A DNA stretch of 50,362 bases, counting the filler, from an uncultured virus (IMG/VR IMGVR_UViG_2049941000_000870) (Duplodnaviria; Heunggongvirae; Uroviricota; Caudoviricetes). It is 5 parts of one record of this genome, joined end to end, with 100 filler letters (N's around TTAATTAATTAA, not from the genome) between each part and the next. Parts side by side here need not be neighbours in the genome. Positions count along the whole stretch, not along the records: positions 42,454 to 50,362 come from IMGVR_UViG_2049941000_000870; 4 more parts are not named here. One strand, 5' to 3'. Of this stretch, positions 44,283 to 50,362 are shown piece after piece; the stretch's first letter is position 1; every line of letters starts with the position of its first letter. The notes under the pieces are model-generated. The model searched no databases and was not told the origin of the DNA. It saw nothing but the letters and a program-made list of their open reading frames with translations. The position numbers and the translations under genes were made by a program.

Positions 44283-44361
44283 NNNNNNNNNNATGATGAA
44301 GTGTCACCGTGGGCAGAGCCAGTTCCTGGTATTCTGTAGTTCTCGACTTGATTGCCTGGCA

Positions 44362-44592
44362 CTACTTCTTGGACATGTTATTCTTCACGTACTGGATGCC
44401 TTCGCGAATCGGTTTCGCGTAGTCGCGCGTGATGTCCATGAGATACTGTCTGGCGTCCTTGCCAGCCGTCTTGTTGCCTTTCTCGGTGAACCTGGCCATG
44501 GCCTCTGAGAGGCTGCCGTTCACAATAGATTTCATTTCCTCGAATACGGCCTGAAGCTCCTCAGGCGTCTTGAATTGGATTTCTTTTTCCAT
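44362..44592 (-). CDS. Hc1/Bacteroidota 'histone H1'-like small helical protein (76 aa)
   Basis: MEKEIQF...FTEKGNKTAGKDARQYL resembles the family motif KGNKAAGTRARK. Confidence 0.65.
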   Translation of the reverse strand: MEKEIQFKTPEELQAVFEEMKSIVNGSLSEAMARFTEKGNKTAGKDARQYLMDITRDYAKPIREGIQYVKNNMSKK

Positions 44593-44622
44593 TTTACTTC
44601 TGATTTTGTTAANNNNNNNNNN

Positions 44623-45717
44623 CAGCTCACCGACTTCCTCCAAACTTATGTTGTTGGTTTCAGCGAGTTTTTCCTTTATATACGACGCATACTGTTTCTT
44701 GTACTCGTCGATTTTGTCTGGACTCCACAGACCCTGCTGGAGCGAGCAAATCTCACCTTCGTAGGTAAGGTTGTTCACGTGGTTCTTCTCGACCTTTATC
44801 TTGGTCTGCACACCGAAAGTGTACGAACGGCCGCCAGATGTCGCCTTCAGCATCTTTACGCTTGCGCCTTCAACACCGCCGACATGGATGAGCAGCCTGT
44901 AGGCGAACTGCAGGGAGATGCCACCCTTGTTCTTTACGGACGGAAGCCCGATTGCCGTGCTGGCCACCCAAATCTTGTTCACGATGAACAGGCTGTTGGT
45001 GTATTCGGAGTTAACACTCCTTGAAGACGGTATCAGGTCGTTGACGATTGTGTTGAACGCGACCGACACCGCGCCAGCGTACCACATGTTGTTCGACGTA
45101 TTGTTCACAGCCGACCTGTAACAGTCGCCGACACCGATTGAGTCGATGATGAACACCATGTCGAACGGAAGCTCGCCCTCCTTCTGCTTTCTGATGAGCT
45201 CCTTGATGCACATGGCCACGTCCTCGATTACGTAGGTCTCCCTCGCTGGCTTGGACAGCCACTTGCCGTGCTCGTGGTCGTACTTGCCATAGATTTCGAA
45301 CAGCTTGGCCGTATCGTAGTAGAGCATGTCGTCGCCTGGCCCGTACACAATCTCGCCAGTCTCTTCGTCCGCATACTCGCTGACGTTGACACCGATATCC
45401 TTGGCGTGCTGCCACGCGAAGTTGTTCTCGAGCTCGAATATCACTGGAATGACACCCTGCTTCTGGGCCGCCTTGATTAACTCAAGCTTCACTGTCGATT
45501 TTCCTGTGTTGGAGTGGCCCCTGATTGCGCTGACATACCCCATAGGGATGCCTGGCAGCCTGGTGGCCTCCTGGAAGGCCTCTGGGAGGATGAACCATGA
45601 CAGCTCCTTCTCCTTGACGCCTCCGAGGTTGTTCTGTTCCTTGAACGCCTTGAGCGCGGCCAGCTTGTCCGTCGCGCTTTTGATTCCTGTACCTTTCTTG
45701 ATTGCCTGTTTTGCCAT
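44623..45717 (-). CDS. RecA/UvsX-like recombinase (3' end in gap)
   Basis: GIPMGYVSAIRGHSNTGKST, FELEN, FIIDSIG, IVNKIW, KNKGG, KVEKNH. Confidence 0.88.
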
Positions 45718-45720
45718 AAA

Positions 45721-45852
45721 TTACTGTTTTTCCTTTAACTTCTTGATTGTATTTTCAGCCTCCTCCATTATCCTTAGTATATCCTCGGCCGTGTAGTCGG
45801 CCGCGCTGACCGTCTCGAACGACACGTCGAAAGACTTTCTTGTCTTGTCTAG
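45721..45852 (-). CDS. C-terminal half of the small gene that starts at 48796
   Basis: LDKTRKSFDVSF...KKLKEKQ* continues ...KVIMVL from 48665-48796 through a shared CTA codon. Confidence 0.6.
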   Translation of the reverse strand, partial: LDKTRKSFDVSFETVSAADYTAEDILRIMEEAENTIKKLKEKQ

Positions 45853-46011
45853 NNNNNNNNNNATTTGACAAAATAGTCGTGAAGCGACCCTGGCACGTCG
45901 TCGAACTCGTCGGCGACCAGGTGCTCGTTGTAGTTGTCGATGTCACCCTTCTTAATCTGGTATTGAGGTGCGTCGTTGTTCATCGTTATGTTGTAGTGGT
46001 TNNNNNNNNNN

Positions 46012-47368
46012 TATTATGACTTCATGTCCTCCTGCCCGGACCGTGCCAAGCGCGAGGAGGTGTTCAAAGCCTATTCCAGCCGCTGCAACCACGGCGACGC
46101 CCATGACAACAACGCCATCGTCCTGGAAACCCTCCAGCTGCGCGCGGAAATGGCCGAAATCCTGGGCTATCCGAACTTCGCCGCCTACCAGCTTTCCAAC
46201 AAGATGGCCGGCGATCCTGCCACGGTGGATGCCTTCCTGCAGCCCATCATGGATGCTGCCATGCGCAGCGCCAGGGCCCAGATGGCGGAGATGGAGAAGA
46301 TGGCCGGGCACAAGATCGAGGCCTGGGACTGGGGCTACTACGCCGAGCAGCTCCGCGCCCGCGAATATGCTCTGGACGAGTCCCAGACCAAGCCCTATTT
46401 CCAGGCCGACAGCGTCCTGAAGGGCGTTTTCACCGCGGCTGAGCGCATTTACGGTCTCCACATCGAGCCTGCGCCGGAGGTGGAAGTCTACCATCCGGAC
46501 GTGCGCGCCTACAAGCTCACGGACGCCGATGGTTCCCTGATCGGCATCTTCTACAAGGACTACTACGTGCGTCCCACCAAGCGCGGCGGTGCCTGGATGA
46601 ACAACTTCCGCGAGCAGTCCNNNNNNNNNNNNNNNNNNNNNNNNNNNNNNNNNNNNNNNNNNNNNNNNNNNNNNNNNNNNNNNNNNNNNNNNNNNNNNNN
46701 NNNNNNNNNNNNNNNNNNNNNNNNNNNNNNNNNNNNNNNNNNNNNNNNNNNNNNNNNNNNNNNNNNNNNNNNNNNNNNNNNNNNNNNNNNNNNNNNNNNN
46801 NNNNNNNNNNNNNNNGCCTTCCACGAGTTCGGCCACGCCCTGCACGGCTTCCTGTCCCAGTGTACCTACAAGTCCGTCAGCGGCACGTCCGTGGCCCGGG
46901 ATTTCGTGGAGATGTTCTCCCAGTTCAACGAGAACTTCGCCTTTGTGCCGGAAATCCTGGCGGCCTATGCCAACCATTACCAGACAGGGGAGTCCATCCC
47001 GGCCGCTTTGGTAGAGAAGGTCCGTTCCGCTCTCAAGTTCAACCAGGGCTTCACCACGGGCGAACTCTGCGCCGCCTCCATCCTGGACATGCGCTGGCAC
47101 GAGCTTTCCGCCGCGGAACTGGCTGCCTTCCAGGGCGCGCAGGACATCCGCGACTTCGAGACCAAGGTGTGTCAGGAAATGGGCCTGATCGATGAGATCA
47201 TCCCGCGCTATCGCACCCCGTACTTCAACCACATCATGGGAAGCGGTTACAGCGCAGGCTATTACGGTTATCTCTGGAGCGAAGTGCTGGCCGTAGATGC
47301 CTGGGAGAAATTCCTTGCCGACGGTGTCTTCAACCCCGTCACGGCCAAGAGTTTCCGCCAGACCTTCC
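46012..47368 (+). CDS. dcp: Bacterial peptidyl-dipeptidase Dcp (M3 peptidase), partial
   Basis: KRGGAWM, FHEFGHALH, ARDFVEMFSQ, GYSAGYYGYLWSEVL; bacterial codon use with many CCGG/GATC. Confidence 0.9.
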
Positions 47369-47378
47369 NNNNNNNNNN

Positions 47379-48352
47379 GACAAAGCAGACGTCGTCTGCG
47401 GAGGCCGGGATGAGGACGGTTTCGCCCTGCTGGATGGAGACTTCCTCTCCGTCCACGTCCAGGGTACCGCTGCCTGAGAGGCACATCACGGTGAGGAAGG
47501 AGTCGATCTCCGACAAGTCCTTGGCGAAGGGGAGGGTGAGGTCATAGACGCTGGTGGTGAAGTAGGGGCAGCTCACCAGTTCCACTTCCTCGTTCTCCTG
47601 GGGCGTGTATTCGGTCCTGTAATTCTCATATACGGTGTAGTCCGTGGCGGCCTTGGCCTGCTCCAGGTGGAGTTGGCGGGGCTTGCCGTCCAGACCCATA
47701 CGGCCGTAGTCGTAGATGCGCCAGGTAAGGTCCGACGTCTGCTGGATTTCCGCGATGAAGCAGCCCCCGCAGATGGCGTGGATGCGGCCGGCCGGCAGGA
47801 AGAAGACATCCCCGGGATGCACGGGATAGCAGGCCAGCACGTCCGTGATGCTGCCGTCTTTCGCGCGGACTTCCAGTTCCTCCGGCGTGATGGCCTTCGT
47901 AAGGCCTGAATATAATTTGGCGCCGGGTTCTGTGGCAATGACATACCACATCTCCGTCTTGCCCTTGGATCCGGGATGCTGGACGGCGGCCAGGGCGTCG
48001 TTGGGGNNNNNNNNNNNNNNNNNNNNNNNNNNNNNNNNNNNNNNNNNNNNACCTGGATGGAAAGGTCTTTGAGGGCGTCGATGAATTTGAACAGCAGGGG
48101 GAATTCGTCCCCTGTGTTGGCATAGACGTGTTCGCCTACCAAGGCGCCCTTATAGGTTTTCACCAGTTCAGTGATGGTCTTGCCGGCCAGAGGGCCTTCC
48201 TTCACCACGCTCACCAGGCCTTCCACGTTGGAAAGTTCCCAGCTCTCGCCGATGTTCTTCTCTTTGGATTCCAGGCCCTTGTAAGGGGCGATCTTCTCTC
48301 CGCCCCACACGAAGGGGGTCAGGATGGGGTTGAATTTTAACGGATACAGCAT
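47379..48352 (-). CDS. manA: Bacterial class I mannose-6-phosphate isomerase, partial
   Basis: WGGEKI, IGESWELS, FPLLFKFIDALKDLSIQ, GKTEMWY, PAGRIHAI, EIQQTSDLTWRIYDY. Confidence 0.9.
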
Positions 48353-48357
48353 ATAGT

Positions 48358-48654
48358 TTATTTTCCCATGATGAATTCCAGCTTGCCGCCGGAAACGATG
48401 TCCTTGTACTCGATATAAGGCAGGTCGTAGGGTTCTCCGTTCAGACGGACGCCGCGGATGTAGCGGTTCTCATCGCTCAAGCCCTTGGCCAGGATGGTGA
48501 ACTCGCCGCCGGCGACCTTCACCACTTCCTTCTCAAACATAGGCGCGCCGAACCAGAACCGCGTGCTGGCGGGTTCCACCTGGTAGAAGCCCATGGAGGA
48601 GAGTACGTACCAGGCGCTCATCTGGCCCACGTCCTCGTTGCCGGCGAGGCCTTC
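48358..48654 (-). CDS. Bacterial GH92 alpha-mannosidase, C-terminal fragment
   Basis: AGNEDVGQMSAWYVLSSMGFYQVEP...IVSGGKLEFIMG. Confidence 0.85.
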   Translation of the reverse strand, partial: EGLAGNEDVGQMSAWYVLSSMGFYQVEPASTRFWFGAPMFEKEVVKVAGGEFTILAKGLSDENRYIRGVRLNGEPYDLPYIEYKDIVSGGKLEFIMGK

Positions 48655-48664
48655 NNNNNNNNNN

Positions 48665-48796
48665 TAGAACCATGATTACCTTCACTGATTCATCAAAAAT
48701 CTCTGACAGACTCTTGGATGCCTCGAGATAGGTTTCCAGGTCCAGGCCCTTTACCCCGAACCTGCATACCAATATGAGTTTGTCCTTGTCTAGCAT
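48665..48796 (-). CDS. N-terminal half of a small hypothetical phage protein
   Basis: MLDKDKLILVC...KVIMVL directly after tdk. Confidence 0.6.
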
Positions 48797-48802
48797 ATGT
48801 CT

Positions 48803-49396
48803 TTATTCGAAACTGTTGTTATAACATTTCCTGCACATCGGCCTGTACATCTCGTTTCCGCCAATCTGCACCTGGTTGCCTTCCTTCACCACACAGCCGA
48901 ACTCGTCAATCCTCGCGTTGATTACAGCCTTCCTCCCGCACTTGCAGGTCAGCTTGATTTCCTCAATGTTGTCCGCAAGCTCGAAAAGCCTCTTGCTCCC
49001 GTCGAACAAATGGCCAGTGAAGTCGTTCCTGAGCCCATAGCACATGACGTCTATACCGAGGTCGTCCACGATTCTGGCCATCTGGTCCACCTGTGTCGGT
49101 GTCAGGAACTGGGACTCGTCACACAGAATCCATCTCGGCGAAGGGTTGTCCATCGCCTCCATGGTCTCGCAATACTGCCTTGTGATTTCGAATATATCGT
49201 CATCCTGGTCTATGGACAGGCACTCCATCTTCAAGCCTATCCTGGATTTTATCACGGAGTCTCCGTCCCTTGTGTCGACCGAGGGTTTGACGCACAGAAT
49301 CGGTATGCCGTTCTCCATGAACGAGTGCGCGCGCATCAGTAACTGCGCGGTCTTTCCGCTGTTCATGGTGCTGTAAATTAAATATAATTTACTCAT
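48803..49396 (-). CDS. tdk: Thymidine kinase
   Basis: YSTMNSGKT, IKSRIG, CDESQFL, CYGLRNDF, CKCGRKA, YRPMCRKC. Confidence 0.95.
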   Translation of the reverse strand: MSKLYLIYSTMNSGKTAQLLMRAHSFMENGIPILCVKPSVDTRDGDSVIKSRIGLKMECLSIDQDDDIFEITRQYCETMEAMDNPSPRWILCDESQFLTPTQVDQMARIVDDLGIDVMCYGLRNDFTGHLFDGSKRLFELADNIEEIKLTCKCGRKAVINARIDEFGCVVKEGNQVQIGGNEMYRPMCRKCYNNSFE

Positions 49397-49406
49397 AATC
49401 AATTAC

Positions 49407-50362
49407 TTAGAATGGCAAATCCTCTTCATCGTCCGTATTTTCGGGCACCGTTTCATCTGTTTCGGCAGCATTGTATTTGAGCACATCCTCAGAATTGTCG
49501 GTGTCAAGCTCCTCCTGTGTGACGAACGGCACGAACGTTCCAGCGTTCCTGTCGAACACTGGTGTCTTGTCGTCCGCTATTATGCTCAGGAAATCGTACG
49601 ACTTAACCCTGTACATGTCCCTCCAGTCCTTCTCGTCGTTTATCCATGCCTCGGCCTGTTCCTGGTTCTGTGACAGAGGGGACTGTTTGGGTTCAACGAC
49701 AAGTTTCACAGATGTCTTCTCTGGAGCGCCATCGGCTTTGGTCAACGACTGCGTCATGACAATCTTTATATCACGCCCGTTCGTGTAGTCGAAAATGTCC
49801 TCCCACTCTCCGTCGCTTGGCATGATGTAGTCTGGATTCACCTTTCTCGCACCGTCGGTGTCATACATGAAATACTCGTTGCCGTTCTCGTCCGTCGGAT
49901 ACCTGTACGTCATGTACATGGCCATCANNNNNNNNNNTCGTAGGAATAGGCTTTCTTGCACATGGCCTTCCTCTCCAGCGGGTCCGTTATGTTGTTGGCT
50001 TCACTGAAAAGCTCCTTCATTTTCCTGCACAACGGGCACATCCTGCCGCTTCCGTCGTCGACATGGCTGTCGTTCGTGCATATGAAGGACTTGAAACCGC
50101 TCTCGGACACCTTCTTCATCCTGTTCTGGTTCTCACTGAGCTTCAGCGAATGCACCTCCACTGGAATCGCTGCCTTGTATCTGCCGTCGTTGTCCTTGGT
50201 CAGTATCACCCTTATCCTGGTGGTCCTGCTTTTCTCGCCCTTGGCGAGCCTTGTGTTCAGGTAGTTGGATGCGTTGAACTCCACCTTCCTGTACTGGTTC
50301 TGGTTCCTGTTCGTCTTCTGTTTCCCTTCATCCCAATAAACCTGGTTGTCATTCTCTGTCAT
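49407..50362 (-). CDS. gp32-like single-stranded DNA-binding protein (gapped)
   Basis: RIRVIL, FICT...CPLC Zn site, DYTNGRDIKI, acidic tail DDEEDLPF. Confidence 0.75.

Noticed and set aside
44362..45717. RecA-Hc1 fusion
   Set aside because: Joined only across gap 44613-44622; the small gene has its own ATG with an AT-rich leader.
46012..48654. Phage auxiliary metabolic genes for mannose use
   Set aside because: Foreign k-mer signature, truncated at gaps, and the flanking phage gene rejoins without the block.
1..50362. Alternative genetic code (TAG or TGA recoding)
   Set aside because: Conserved genes are open in code 11, and TAG, TGA and TAA each end genes directly before the next start.
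1..50362. tRNA, rRNA, integrase, transposase or reverse transcriptase
   Set aside because: None recognised by eye; tRNAscan/Infernal were not run and the gaps could hide them.

Overview
Gappy metagenomic scaffold of a large T4-like (jumbo) myovirus, almost all on the minus strand, probably infecting an anaerobic Bacteroidota host. It encodes a repeat-rich fibre protein ending in a FISUMP domain, a possible GAF-type holin, a block of probable head-packaged proteins (Nudix, PcfJ-like, HExxH), a sigma-70 factor, SbcC/SbcD, primase, RuvC-like resolvase, large virion proteins, gp6/gp25-like baseplate proteins, NrdD/NrdG, DnaB-like helicase, 5'-3' exonuclease, an Hc1-like protein, RecA/UvsX, thymidine kinase and a gp32-like SSB. 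TAG is used as a stop (code 11). Two intergenic motifs recur: sense TATTTATA before virion-type genes and sense TTTTTGTATATTA before the sigma and replication genes. Reading by eye, I found no CCGG or GATC in the phage DNA, while both are common in a bacterial block at 46012-48654 (dcp, manA, GH92) that interrupts a phage gene and is probably co-scaffolded contamination. The assembly is demonstrably scrambled (displaced contigs, TTAATTAATTAA linkers, an Illumina adapter), so gene order across N gaps is unreliable. All family calls come from motif recognition; no searches were run.
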